Shown one piece after another: positions 26,327-41,967 of a stretch of DNA of 64,000 nt. Both the position numbers and the translations under genes were made by a program. Below the pieces are notes generated by a model. It was not told the origin of the DNA. It was given only the letters and a program-made list of their open reading frames with translations, and made no database searches. Location of the stretch: positions 86,986,001 to 87,050,000 of the forward strand of contig OX597814.1 in NCBI GenBank assembly GCA_951406725.2, given 5' to 3'. The stretch comes from Octopus vulgaris. Lineage: Eukaryota. Numbering within the stretch: the stretch's first letter is position 1; every line of letters begins with the position of its first letter.

Positions 26327-27058
26327 TTTATTTTTTATTTTATTTTATTTTATCTAGTTTCAGCTCACGGGCTGTGGCCATGATGGGGCACCGCCATTTG
26401 GCATTGCTACTTGGTTTCACTTCACGAATGCTTTTTAGCAATTGCCATTTGGTGCATGAGAGAGTTTGATGCAGATGCCCTCATCTGCACCTCCTGCCGT
26501 GAAGTTGGTTCATCTGGGACACCTGACAGGAAGAGATCCAGTTTTATTTTAAAGACATCTGCATCCATCCCATGCAGGTCTCTCAGGTTCTTCGGGAGGA
26601 TATTGAAGAGCTGTAGGCCTTGGAAGCCCAGGCTATTACAGTATCTTGTCCTACATCTTGATGGCAAATTTGGAGTCCTTGGCACCATGCAGTGGCACCC
26701 AGTTCTAGCATTTGTGTAACTCTCGTTGCCAAAGTTTGGGACAAGTCCTTCTAGGATCTTCCATATGTATATTATGGCATATCTTTCTCGCCTACACTCT
26801 AAGGAATAGAGTGTTAATCTTTTGAGTCTTTCCCAGTAGCTTATATGCACAGAGGCTATCTTCTCCGTGTAGCTTCGTTGGATCGCCTCAAGTTCTTAAC
26901 TTGACACTGGATGGTGACCATAGCTGAGAGCAATAGTTAAAGTGGACTATCATGAGGACTATCATGGTTTCCTGGTCTCTTGTTCTAATGGTTCTAAGAA
27001 TCCATCCAGTCAGCTGCCTACATTTCATTGCCAATTTAGCAACATGCACATGAAAGGT
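26327..27058 (-). mobile_element. CR1-clade LINE 3' fragment with (ATAAA)n tail
   Basis: [56 protein letters not shown]. Confidence 0.85.
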
Positions 27059-29795
<2,737 letters not shown>

Positions 29796-30260
29796 CTCGT
29801 TATCGAGTATGGCCATTGCACGAAGCTCAATCAATGTTGTTATCGTGCAATGCCTGCGCAAGATTTTTTAAAAAGTGAGTAAAGGCTGTCCACTGAGTCA
29901 ATCCCACTCACTAAGCAACAGCAGCCATAATCCGAAAAGAAGAACAAGTCAGCATCATCGGTAACCACCGAGTCCTTCACTCTCAATGGTTTAACCGCGT
30001 GATCGGGTATTCAGCCCGATTATTTCTATGTCCCCATGCATGATACATCTTTAAGACATTTATTGGATGGCCATTGACTCTCAAGAGTTCCTCCGCCCTT
30101 TGACGGGTTTTGTTTTACATCCAGCTGGGTGTCCAATAAACACCCTCCTCACCAAGCAAGCTTAGTTGGATTGCCGGTTTAGTTGCCGCCGACCCGACCA
30201 TGCAAAATGTTGTACCGGGTTAGATGTTACCAGTAGCACTCGAAAGTGACCTGACCACAT
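29796..30260. mobile_element. Unclassified CpG-rich interspersed-repeat-like block
   Basis: Sharp compositional change between microsatellites; no convincing ORF. Confidence 0.3.
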
Positions 30261-30408
30261 ATATATACCTACACACACACATATATATATATACACAAAC
30301 ATATATATATACAAAAATATATATATATATATATACGTACATATATATACACGCACACATATACACACATATATATACATGCATTATATATATATACACA
30401 CACCAACA

Positions 30409-30779
30409 TGTTTCAGTCATTTGACTGTGGCTACGCTGGAACACTGCCTTTAGTCGAGCAAATCGGCCCCAGGAGTTATTCTTTGTAAGCCTAGTACTTA
30501 TTCTATCAGTCTCTTTTGCCGAACCGCCAAGTTACGGGGACGTAAACACACCAGTATCGGTTGTCAAGTGATGTTGGCGGTACAAACACAGACACACATA
30601 TATATATACATATATACGATGGCCTTCTTTCAGTTTCTGTCTTCTAAATCCACTCACAAGCCTTTGGTCGGCCCAAGGCTATAGTAGAAGACACTTGCGC
30701 AAGGTGCCACGCAGTGGGACTGAACCCGGAACCATGTGGTTGGTAAGCAAGCAACTTACCACACAGCCACTCCTGCGCC
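30409..30779 (-). mobile_element. tRNA-derived SINE (family A), full length
   Basis: Reverse complement of 18635-19030, ending ...acacagccactcctgcgcc. Confidence 0.85.
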
Positions 30780-31190
30780 TATACACACACATATATGTAG
30801 ATATATATATATATACACACATATACGCATATATAAATATACACATATACATATACGCATATATACATATACGCATATATACATATACGCATATATACAT
30901 ATACACATATATACATATACACATATATACATATACACATATATACATATATATATTCATATGCATATATATACATATACCTACATGCATATATATCTAT
31001 ATGCATATATATATATATATATATGCATATATATATATATATGCATATATAATAAACCTTTACATAAATAAATAACGTGAAATACACAAAGGGACGAACA
31101 AAAAGACAAACGGGTCATTCAAAGCCTTCATTCTTCAGTCAGAAACTGATCCCTCATCGCAGATTTCGGCTATATATATATATATATATA

Positions 31191-31745
31191 ATTCCCAGTA
31201 GATTTACTGTAAACTTTGTACTAGACGTGGTCAGAGTCATCCACAAAAAGAATACATTATTTTTCAATGGAAAAAAAAACTACCTCCAAATTCGAGGTAC
31301 AGCTATGGGTGCGCTACTTGCTCCAGTTTTCCCAAACTCAATATTGGGATACTTGGAACAAAACATATATAAAAAAAAATGAAGAGAACTATGGCATGAC
31401 CTTTAAAAGACATACAGAGGACACATGGAAAAGATACCTCAATGATTATTTCCTAATTTGGACCAAATCTCCAGAAAATCTAGAAATCAGCACCCTAGTC
31501 TTAAATTCACAAGAGAAATGAGCAAAACACAATCAACCATCTCTTGACATAACACTACAATCACAACTGATATTTATTACAAAAGCACAGTTATACAACA
31601 ATACCTAAATTTCAAATCAAGCCACCAAACAGTCAAAATGCAACATCCCATACTGTCTTGCCAGGAAAATTTGTGCTATAGTCAATGATCCAAATATCAG
31701 AAACACAAGACTTAAAGAACTCAAAGGATTTCTGCTCAAGTAAAA
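31191..31745 (+). mobile_element. Penelope-like RT fragment
   Basis: FNGKKNYLQIRGTAMGALLAP...LGYLE and WKRYLNDYFLIW, typical PLE RT motifs (GTAMG; RYxDD decayed). Confidence 0.8.
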
Positions 31746-33232
31746 TAGCATACAATTATACATACACATCTATATATACACACACACCTATATACATACG
31801 CATACATATAGATATATATGAAATACTATAGAACAACTTAGAGCAACATGAAAAAGATTAGCAGTTTCATTCATTAATTATCTTATCTTCATTTATTCTA
31901 AACATCGCTTAATAATTTACCATATATTTTTTTTTTGTTGTGTATGCCTCTATCATTCTGCATCTAGCTTTTCTTTTATCCCAATCTTTCTAAGGTAGCG
32001 CATTTGTGCATAAACTCATGTATTGTCCGTTTCTCTATTTTCTCTTAATTCTTTCTAAATATCGTAGTATCACTTAAATCTTCGTATATTCTCTTTTTTA
32101 TCTTCTAATTAATTGATAATTTTAATAATTTAGTAAATTAATCACACTTAGTCTTATATCTGTATGTGAGTGTGTATATATGTATGTGAATGTGTGTGTA
32201 TATATATATACACACACACACACACATATATATACATACCTATACATACACACCTATATATACACATACACACCTATATATACACATACATACACACCTA
32301 TATATACACATACATACACACCTATATACATACACATACATATATATACGCATACATATACATATATATGAAATACCTAATGATTTCACTTCTATAATTT
32401 AATAACTTTTTTTATATATCACCATTTAAAGTATTTTTGTAGAGGTATATCTGCATTAACATTATTGCTATTTATATTAAATTATGACAATAACTATTTT
32501 TATATTATGTATTAATTTTAATGGTACACTGTATTTTTCCCATTTGATTATTTAATGTTTTCATAAGGATGTAAATTTCTTTGTATGTTCTTCCCTGGGG
32601 ATATTCTGGCTTAAAATTAACAAAATTGATTAATTTTATACTATAAGCAATGAAATGAAACAATTGTAGGTCTTGTCATTGTATTAATAAAATTTTATTA
32701 ATCTTATCTCCATCTTTTCTCTTGGTTTTTATAATATATATGTGTGTGTGTGTGTGCCTATATTATAAAGGTATTTTTATCCCTCTGAGGTTTATTTATA
32801 TAACTTCTGCTATTCCATGAGTATTCAAAGCATTTTCCCCCCATTATATGCCAGTTTGGTTATTTATAAAGCGCCCCCCACCCAAAAAAAAACATGTATC
32901 TCAGTAACCTGTGGTCCGATTTGAACAAGGCTTGTTTTATTCCGTTTGTATTCACATGAGCATCCAATTCATGATGTCTCCTGCATTTGTCTCTTTCCCT
33001 CTGTTCCGCCAGATGCTGAGCCCTTGCTTTATCAGTTTCACTGATCCTTCTATTCGCATGCTTGTCCTCATCTTGGGTAAATGTTTTGTAAAGGACCTGT
33101 TTGTACTTCAGTATGAAATAATTTTTTCCACAAGATTTTTGAGTGCATTCAGCATATCTCACCTCCAAACCCACAAGCCACTTTCTTCTGGAAAAGAAAG
33201 GGGGGGGTTGTGGGGATCTCGGAGGAAACCCA

Positions 33233-34159
33233 TCGTTTTCAATATTCAATTAAAAGAGAGAATATGTTGTTACCAACAATGTTAAAACTTTAGTAACTTG
33301 ATCAATCTGATTTTAATTTCATTTGATACACACTTTGCTATCATTTATATGGAGAATTGCAAACATGGCATATAAAGATAACTTATTTTAATAGAAATTT
33401 TACGAGTACATTTCCGTGGATGTTTTTGCTGCCCCCCCCCACACACACCTGCACATAAATGCACGCGGATACACATGGATAAAGTCTCATCTAGGGAGTA
33501 TTATTCTTTTACTCGTTTCAGTCATTTCACTGCATCCATGCTGGAGGCCCGCCTTTAGTTGAAGAAATCAATCCCAGGACTTTGTAAGCCTAGTACTTAT
33601 TCTATCGGTCTCTTTTGCTGAACCACTAAGTTATGGAGACATAAACATACATATATATATATATGTGTGTGTGTGTATTTGTCCCCCCCCCCCCCACCGC
33701 CATTGCTAGACAACTAATGCTGGTGCGTTTATGTCTCCATAACTTAGTGGTTCAGCAAAAGAGACCGATAGAATAAGTACTAGGCTTACAAAGTCCTGGG
33801 ATTGATTTCTTCAACTAAAGGCGGGCCTCCAGCATGGATGCAGTGAAATGACTGAAACAAGTAAAATAATAATACTCCCAAAATGAGACTTTATCCATAT
33901 GTATCCGCGTGCATTTATGTGCAGGTGTGTATGTGGGGGGGGGGGGGGAGCAAAAACATCCACGGAAATGTACTCATAAAATTTCTATTAAAATAAGTTA
34001 TCTTTATATGCCATGTTTGCAATTCTCCATATAAATGATAGCAAAGTGTGTATCAAATGAAATTAAAATCCTGGTTCAATGACTGATTGATCAAGTTACT
34101 AAAGTTTTAACATTGTTGGTAACAACATATTCTCTCTTTTAATTGAATATTGAAAACGA
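33233..34159. repeat. Long fold-back inverted duplication (arms 33233-33646 and 33727-34159, 80-bp spacer)
   Basis: Arms are near-identical reverse complements, including the same family-A SINE half. Confidence 0.93.
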
Positions 34160-34341
34160 AAGAAAATGCAAGGAAATTAATTTTGGCAGTAAGGACTAAA
34201 CTCCCTAGTTTCATTATCACAATTGAAAAGAAATTCAGCAGTGCGCAAGTTCGTTTCCGTAAATGTTTTCCTTGCGCACCCCCTACATCTGCACATATAC
34301 GCACGCAGATACACATGGACGAAGTCCCGTTTTGGAAGTAT
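33872..34341. mobile_element. Old MITE-like element with ~100-bp diverged terminal inverted repeats
   Basis: atactcccaaaatgagac...cacggaaatg versus cgtttccgtaaatg...gtcccgttttggaagtat. Confidence 0.5.
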
Positions 34342-37317
34342 GTTAAAGTTTTTATTATGTTGGAACGAAGGTGCTGAGCCAGTGACTAAACTTGTAGTAA
34401 TTTGTTGGGATTAATCCAATGAATAGACAGCAAAGTAATTGTTAGTATCAGAATCGTTTACCTTTTAAGCAAAAAAAAAGAAAACCGACGTATATAACAG
34501 GTATGTAAAATATATTTCTATGTACTTCTTTTTCTAAGCTGTAGAAATTGTTGCGCACGCGCACATACACAAAATTTCTCCAGACATTTAGCTGATATTT
34601 TTAGCATATCGAGTTTCATGGCGAGGGCTTCACATGCGGTGATGTTTTTGCTGTTTCACTATAAATCTACGCCGGAAACGGATGAAACAGCCGCTCATCT
34701 TCACTTTTAGACAGCAGGTGAGGGTGTGGATCAATTTTGGAGATTTTCATAAAAAATTTGAAGTAAAAATTTTTTTCCCAATATTCTTAATCTAAATTTC
34801 GAAAAAAAAAAAAAAAAAAAAAAATTTCGAAAACCTGATTTTTAAAATTTTTGCATATTCGGAATAGCCGTCATCGAAAACACGGGAATCCGGTGGGGGA
34901 TGAGGGGGGGGGGTCCGGTTTCAGCTACATATTTCAATAAATATTGAAAAATGATTTAGAATATTTCATGCTGAAATCGAGGGACTGTATACCCGTGGGC
35001 CTTATGGTGTCATCGAATATGGTATATCCTTAAATGAATGTCATTTAAAAAGTGCAGCCTTTAAAATGAAGCTCACCTTTAGATGATGCGGTCTAAGATG
35101 CACAGTGCACTATACAGGAAATGAAATATCGAGCTTCTCCGACAGATGCTTTCCTAAATATGTAATGAAGAGGAAAAAGCCAGAAGAGAAGGAAAAAGTA
35201 GATGGTGATAGGAAGGATTGGAAGTAGATGCCCAATCATATAGCTTAAAATTATATATTATGCAAGACAAACGCGCAGGTTATTTAACCCCAGATCAGTC
35301 CTGATTAAGAAGCCTTATAATCAATTGATTAAGCAGACCTCTAATCATCCCACTTTTCTTCAGCATATTATCTAAATAATCCTTCCGTTTTTGAGTCGGC
35401 TGGGAGTGATTTGGGAAAATTTGTATGCTACTCTTAAACGATCGAGCGACTTCATAAAAGCAACCTCGTTCAGAAGGACACAGTCCTAGTTACACTACCT
35501 TTGAAGAGGATTGTCAAAGCAGAACGCCCCTCATCACACACGCACAAGCTAAAGTGATAAAAAATTTCCAAAATTACATCAAGAAACTCGCTAATTATAC
35601 CAATTTTACAGAAAGCACTAAGCTCAATATTTTACATATTGGAACACACACACACAAAAATGAATGATAATAAGCATTAAAAAACCATAAAATTTACAAG
35701 AGTATCCAAAGTGAATAGTGACAAAAGCCACTCTCCTGAATACCAAGCAGATTTCAACAATGGATTCTAGATAAACCGAATGAGAGAGAGAGAGAGAGGA
35801 GGTGCCAGGTTACGACAGAACAGTAGATTTATATATTTCTACTCTTAAAATCTATTTCCACCTAAGTAAATGTAAAACCATGTAAATTAACATAGGAAAA
35901 AATAAAACAAAATTTTGGTTAGTGTCAGAGAGAGACGCAGGATAAACCTATAATCTAAAATTGACGAAATACTACAAAACAGCTTCCTAAATTACATGAT
36001 TTCAAATAAATTTATTTATAACTTTGTATATATTTTGTATGCTAGGTTGCTTTCACACATATTGTCCACTCAATTAGGTTGAACAACCACCTTGTACTTC
36101 TAGATGAAGTGATTTGTACTTTTGCCAATCCTATCATACCACTTTCACTTTAGTAATGAATTTAAAACATGTAGTTGTTACAAATTAATAACCGGTGAAT
36201 GGAAATATAGCTGTCGATGTCACATAATAGGTATTAATGATAAATTCCAAAACTAAATCCCTATTACAGTTTTCTTAATGTACATCTTTAATCCGCCCCC
36301 CTCATGTACTTCTGCATAATTATTTTACATCGGTACACTTTGATTAATCTCAGAAATTATTAAAGAATACAAGAAACAACCACATTACTGATTCAACGTG
36401 ACCTCGATTTGTAAACGTGCTCGCCAAAATTTAAGGAAAAGTGGTTGGTGGCATCATAGTTGATCTTTTAAGGCTAACTAACATACACTACCAACTACTT
36501 TGCTGTAGAAATTCTTAGAGAAACGCGTTAAGTCTGAATATAAACAGAAAAACGGTACCTGTAAAAATGTATGTATCTTAACAGTAAATAGAAGATATAT
36601 TGGTGAAAAGTAGTCATTATCGGACAAAGAAATGGATGAATTTACAGGAGACTATAATAACAAAAAAATGTTCATGTAATATATTATTGACGTGTATTCT
36701 ATGTATGTTTAGTCAATTAAAAAAATATGAACTGGAAACGGTGACATCAAAAAATTAATATTAAGTGAAAAGACATGTAATTAATCGGGCACCAGTCGAT
36801 TAAATCGGCCATTACATTCCTACCATTTGTTGGCGGTTTTTCGGAATATGCGATTCCCTATGCATTTTGTCAACCTAAGTTGTCCTGTGTTTTATTAACG
36901 TATTCATCAATGGAGAATTAATTTTTAAAGATATAAAAAAAAGAACAATTTAAATGACGAATGGAATTTTTTTTTTTGATTTATGATTAAAGAGTAATTT
37001 TCTTTGCCAGAAAATATTAGTTTTTAAATTTCCCCTAAAAAGGGTTGAAATACTTGTGAAGCAGAAAATGGATGATAAATATTAAAAAAAAATTTTTCTA
37101 CACTCCTCCCCTTTATGCTTCAGTGTTAATAAACAAAATTACTTCCCTTGTTAAAAAAAGGGCTCCATTATCCGAAATTATTCATTGTTAAACGATCAAT
37201 CAAACACAAGTTCTTGTGAATTGTCAAAATATTTTTCTTTTAAAAAGCCACTTTTAAGAATCGGCAAATTGAGGAAGAATAATAAATATTTAAAATTAAA
37301 GTAACATCATTACTTAC

Positions 37318-37610
37318 CAACACACAAACAGAATTTTATCTCTTCGTGCTCCCCCATTTTTTTGGTAATTCAGATCATATATAATATAGTAGCAATCCTT
37401 TTCCGGTAAATTCGCACAGAACTCTTCCCATTCTTTCTTCACAGCATCTATACCGAGGTCTAATTTTTCCGGTTTTGAAACACACTCACCTGGTACGATT
37501 GTAGTGTGATCATCACTTAGATGGAACATACAATACCGAGTCTTTTTGCGAGATTTAATATCTAGAAATTTATCAATTGCTTCCTGGGACACTGTAATTC
37601 CTGAAGACAT
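37318..37610 (-). CDS. cfl: ADF/cofilin, first coding exon
   Basis: MSSGITV start (conserved Ser3), K.RY..F, LPEKDCYYIIYD, DKILFVCW; donor TG|GTAAGT is phase 2 and compatible with the 17754 acceptor; joined CDS is 450 nt = 149 aa plus stop. Confidence 0.94.
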
Positions 37611-37659
37611 GTTTTCCTTAAAGAGAAATGAGGATAGTAATACAGAAGTGAGAAAAAAA

Positions 37660-37692
37660 GAATGAACCAGTGTACAAAGCTCGTTGTATATA
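37660..37692 (-). promoter_or_regulatory. Candidate core promoter of cofilin: TATA-like box plus Inr
   Basis: Minus strand TATATACA starts at 37692, 29 nt upstream of the A (37663) in Inr-like TCATTC. Confidence 0.5.
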
Positions 37693-38227
37693 CCGCTAGA
37701 CAGTAGCAGCAGGCGATGAGAGCAAACAGCTTTCTATATTTGATAGAAAATTTCTAAGTTGAACAGCTTTTAAAGTTACCACTGCTCTAATAAGATCTGC
37801 AACAACGAGATGAATCACCTTTTCGTATCCAAAATGCTGCACTAAACTATACAAAATAATATTCACTAACAAGATTTCGATTCGGTTCCGGGGGAGCAAC
37901 CTGTCAATTTCCAAAGATCTAACCAGTAATAGTGAGTCACGAGTCTGCTAGCAACTGCTATATATGGGCATACCAAACATGCTGACTTCCTTTTATAGCA
38001 AATTTTATCTTGCTCTTTCTCTGTCTCCCTCTCTCTCTGAAATGGCGCATTCGTGTCAATTGAGAAGTACTCTTATTATTAAAGTCGACTTTCTTCTTTA
38101 CTATTTCTGTTTTTGTTAACGTTTTTCTCCTTAGTTAATTATCCATATATTATTTTTTTCTTCTTATTTTAGAAAAAAAAAACTTATTTTATTTCTTGAA
38201 ATAGCTGGAGCTAATCCAATATGTATA

Positions 38228-38675
38228 ATGGAAAAATTAATGTGAACTGTCGACGCTAATATTTATAAATTCTTTAAAATGTAAACATTTTGGTTTCTAC
38301 CTATTTTCTCTTCATCACTTATTAGCTATTTGTTACTAAATTCCACTTCTTAAAAATCTAATATATATGTACTCACTCTCCCCTCTGCGGTTGGCAAGCT
38401 ATGTACGGACTTTGCTCTCCCCTTACAATCAACCAAAATGAAGCTTATGGAAAAATTAATGTTAACTGTCGACGCTAATCTTTATAAATTCCTTAAAATG
38501 TAAACATTTTGGTTTCTACCTATTTTCTCTTCATCACTTATTAGCTATTTGTTTTCATTAGTTACTAAATTCCACTTCTTAAAAATCTAATACATATGTA
38601 ATCACTTTCCTCTCTGCGGTTGGCAACCTATGTACGGACTTTGCTCTCCCCTTACAATCAACCGAAATGAAGCTT
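38228..38675. repeat. Tandem duplication (219 bp plus 229 bp) upstream of cofilin
   Basis: Both units start atggaaaaattaatgt and end aatgaagctt; the second carries a ~10-bp insertion. Confidence 0.9.
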
Positions 38676-39399
38676 GATATTTTTTTAGTAAATTTTAGTG
38701 TTGAGATGATACTTAAATTAAGTGGAATAAATTATTGTAATTAGAATCTAAACTGAATCACATCAACTTACTACCTTGCTAAAACAATATTTTAGCTTAC
38801 ATTGCAAGAATCCTTCCATCAGTTAACTAGAGATCACTAAGATTTCCAACAACTTTGATCCCTTCAACAGTGTCAAATAGCATTGATGCTACTTGGAAAT
38901 GTTCAAGTTCTTTTGGACCCACTCCTGCTGTAGCATGCTTTTTCTTTCTATTGTCCATGCAGGTACCACAAGATGAATGCAGCTAACCCCTAGCCCCATA
39001 CTTCAAGCAACTATTTTGTTTTACTATTCACTGAAGATTTAATCTTTCTCTCACACATGTCTGCCAATGATGAAGCATTTTCTGTCTCCCTTACCACTTA
39101 AAAAATTACTGCTCTGCTGTCCTTCTTAAGACAAGTGTAAACTAATTAGAGGATAGTGGATCTTTTGCTTACTCGATATGAAGGTTGGGCCTCAGACCAT
39201 TACAGGTCTTCTGAAACCAGTGAGTTTGATGCTTAAGATGTTAGTAGTCAGCAACTACCCTACTAGAAAGACATGAGCAGTGAGGAGATTCCAGTGATTG
39301 ACATCTTAAAAAAGAAGAAATGGATGTAATGCAGGGCCTTTAGGTTAATGCTAAGAAGAGAAGTGATGAACAAGTTGGGAGTACTTGAATGGAGAAGTG

Positions 39400-39745
39400 G
39401 AAGCTATTATAGTATTATAGAAGATAGAAAAGGCAAAGAGAGAAGTCAGTATATTTATGAGCTAGAAGTTGTGTCAAGGTCTTTCTTTGGATGAAATCTA
39501 GGATGTCTGTGTGTAGAGCAGCAGCAGCATTGTCCCAGATGTGATGGCAGTACCCCATTGTGGGTTTCCCCTGAGTTTTTAGAGGGTTAATAATTGTTGG
39601 AGCTGAAGTATTTTTTGGCTTCAAAAGGAAGGACCCATCTTTGAGATGCAATCCTTGCTTTGTATGTGCATTCACCTGAATAAATTTTGGGGCATAGTGA
39701 GACCTAGCATTTGGAATGATTGTGAAGTTTCTGCTTGCATACCAC
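39400..39745 (-). mobile_element. Old LINE C-terminal fragment
   Basis: PTMGYCHHIWDNA resembles the LINE P.LEYC..IW motif. Confidence 0.4.
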
Positions 39746-40112
39746 TTATGTTTAACCTTTAGCATTCAGATTATTTTATCAAATATAATGCTTATTCATT
39801 CTCCTTGTTTTGAATAATCATGTATTATCTTGTAACTTCAAGATTTTTATGATATGATTCTTTTTTTTAATTGTTTCAGTCATTTGACTGCAGCCATGAT
39901 AGAACACTGCCTTGAATGGTTTTAGTTGAACAAATCGATCCTAGGACTTATTTCTTAAACCTAGTACTTATTCTTAAGCCTAGTACTTATCCTATTGGTC
40001 CCATTTGCTGAACTGGTAAGTTGCAGGGACATAACATACCAACATCAAGTGGTGATGGGGGGGGCAACAAACACACACATAGATACATATACATACACAC
40101 ACATACATACAT

Positions 40113-41935
40113 ATCATCATCATCATCATCATCATTTAGCATCCGCTTTCCATGCTAGCATGGGTTGGACGGTTCAACTGGGGTCTGTGAAGCTGGAAGG
40201 CTTCGTCAGGCCCAGTCAGATCTGGCAGTGTTTCTACGGCTGGATGCCCTTCCTAATGCCAACCACTCCGTGAGTATAGTGGGTGCTTTTTACGTGCCAC
40301 CTGCACAGGTGCCAGATAGAGCTGGCAAACGGCCACGAACGGATGGTGCTTTTACGTGTCACCGGCACGGGGCCAGGCGATGCTGGCAACGGACACGAAC
40401 GGATGGTGCTTTTACGTGCCACCGACACGGGGCCAGACAGAGCTGGCAAACGGCCACGAACGGATGGTGCTTTTACGTGTCACCGGCATGGGGACCAGGC
40501 GAGGCGAGCAACAGACACGAACGGATGGTGCTTTTACGTGCCACCGACACAGGGCCAGACAGAGCTGGCAAACGGCCACGAACGGATGGTGCTTTTACGT
40601 GTCACCGGCACGGGGCCAGGCGATGCTGGCAACAGACACGAACAAATGGTGCTTTTACGTGCCACCGACACGGGGCCAGACACAGCTGGCAAACGGCCAC
40701 GAACGGATGGTGCTTTTATGTGTCACTGGCACGGGGGGCTGGCAACGGACACGAACGGATGGTGCTTTTACGTGCCACCAACACGGGGGCCAGACAGAGC
40801 TGGCAAACGGCCACGAACGGATGGTGCTTTTATGTGTCACCGGCACGGGGCCAGGCGAGGCTGGCAACGGACACGAACGGATGGTGCTTTTACATGCCAC
40901 CGACACGGGGGCCAGACAGAGCTGGCAAACGGCCACGAACGAATGGTGCTTTTACGTGTCACCGACACGAGGGCCAGGCAAGGCTGGCAGCGGACACTTA
41001 ACCACTGCTTTCTGATATATGATTTGATTTGGTTTGATTTTGATTGTTCTCACTGGTCTTGCCGGGTCTTCTCACGCACAGCATACTTCCATAGGTCTCG
41101 GTCTCTGGTCATTTCCTTGGTGAGACCTAAAGTTCGAAGGTCGTGCTTCATCACCTCGACCCAGGTTTTCCTGGGTCTACCTCTTCCACAGGCCCCCTCA
41201 ACTGCCAGGGTGTGGCACTTTTTCACACAACTATCTTCATCCATTCTCGCCACGTGACCATACCAGCGCAATCGTCTCTCTTGCACACAACATCTGATGC
41301 CTCTTAGGTCCAACTTTTCTCTCAAGGTACTTACACTCTGTCGACTATGAACACTGACATTACACATCCAACGGAGCATACTAGCTTCATTTCTTGCGAG
41401 CTTACGCAAATCCTCAGCAGTCACAGCCCAAGTTTCACTACCATGTAGCATGGCTGTACGTACACATGCATCATACAGTCTGCCTTTTACTTTGAGCGTG
41501 AGGCCTTTTGTCACCAGCAGGGGTAAGAGCTCTCTAAACTTTGCCCAGGCTATTCTTACTCTAGCAGTTACACTTTCAGCACACCCGCCCCCGCTACTGA
41601 CTTGGTCACCTAGGTAGCGGAAGCTATCAACTACTTCTAGTTTTTCTCCCTGAAATGTGATAGAAGTTGGTCTCTGCATATTTTCAGAGTTTATTGCTCC
41701 TGAGCATCTGCCACAGATAAAAACTATTTTCCTAGTTAGTCTTCCTTTGACATTACTACATCTCTTATGTGTCCATAGCTTATATTTGGTGCATCTTATA
41801 GAGTTTCTACCTACGCCTTTTCTACAGATCGAGCAAGGCCATCTACCTGAAGGCGTTTGTGATTGGTCTACCTTCCTACTTATTAGGACTTTGGTTTTGG
41901 CTAGGTTGATTCTAAGGCCCTTCGATTCTAAACCT
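40113..41935 (-). mobile_element. 5'-truncated RTE copy with expanded 3' UTR tandem array
   Basis: ORF 41050-41679 (GEKLEVVDSFRYLG...RRLRWYGHVARM...GRPRKTW), PHD region ~41700-41836, array 40282-40990, (CAT)n tail at 40113-40135. Confidence 0.92.
40282..40990. repeat. Minisatellite of ~12 units of ~60 bp in alternating A/B types
   Basis: Recurring acgaacggatggtgcttttacgtg(t/c)caccg with alternating ccagacagagctggcaaacggcc and ccaggcgatgctggcaacggac. Confidence 0.93.
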
Positions 41936-41967
41936 CATATATATATATATATATGTATAGAGAGAGA

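Noticed and set aside
32860-33285. Overlapping ~125-aa ORFs on both strands beside the fold-back
   Set aside because: No recognisable domain; probably a decayed repeat that I cannot classify.
40282-40990. CRISPR-like repeat-spacer appearance
   Set aside because: The apparent spacers are themselves repeated in an A/B pattern, the context is eukaryotic, no cas genes are present, and the array lies in a LINE 3' UTR.
40165-41257. 200-320 aa ORFs over the minisatellite, and similar ones at 23256-24520
   Set aside because: Open in several frames because of a GC-rich tandem unit; no domain signature.
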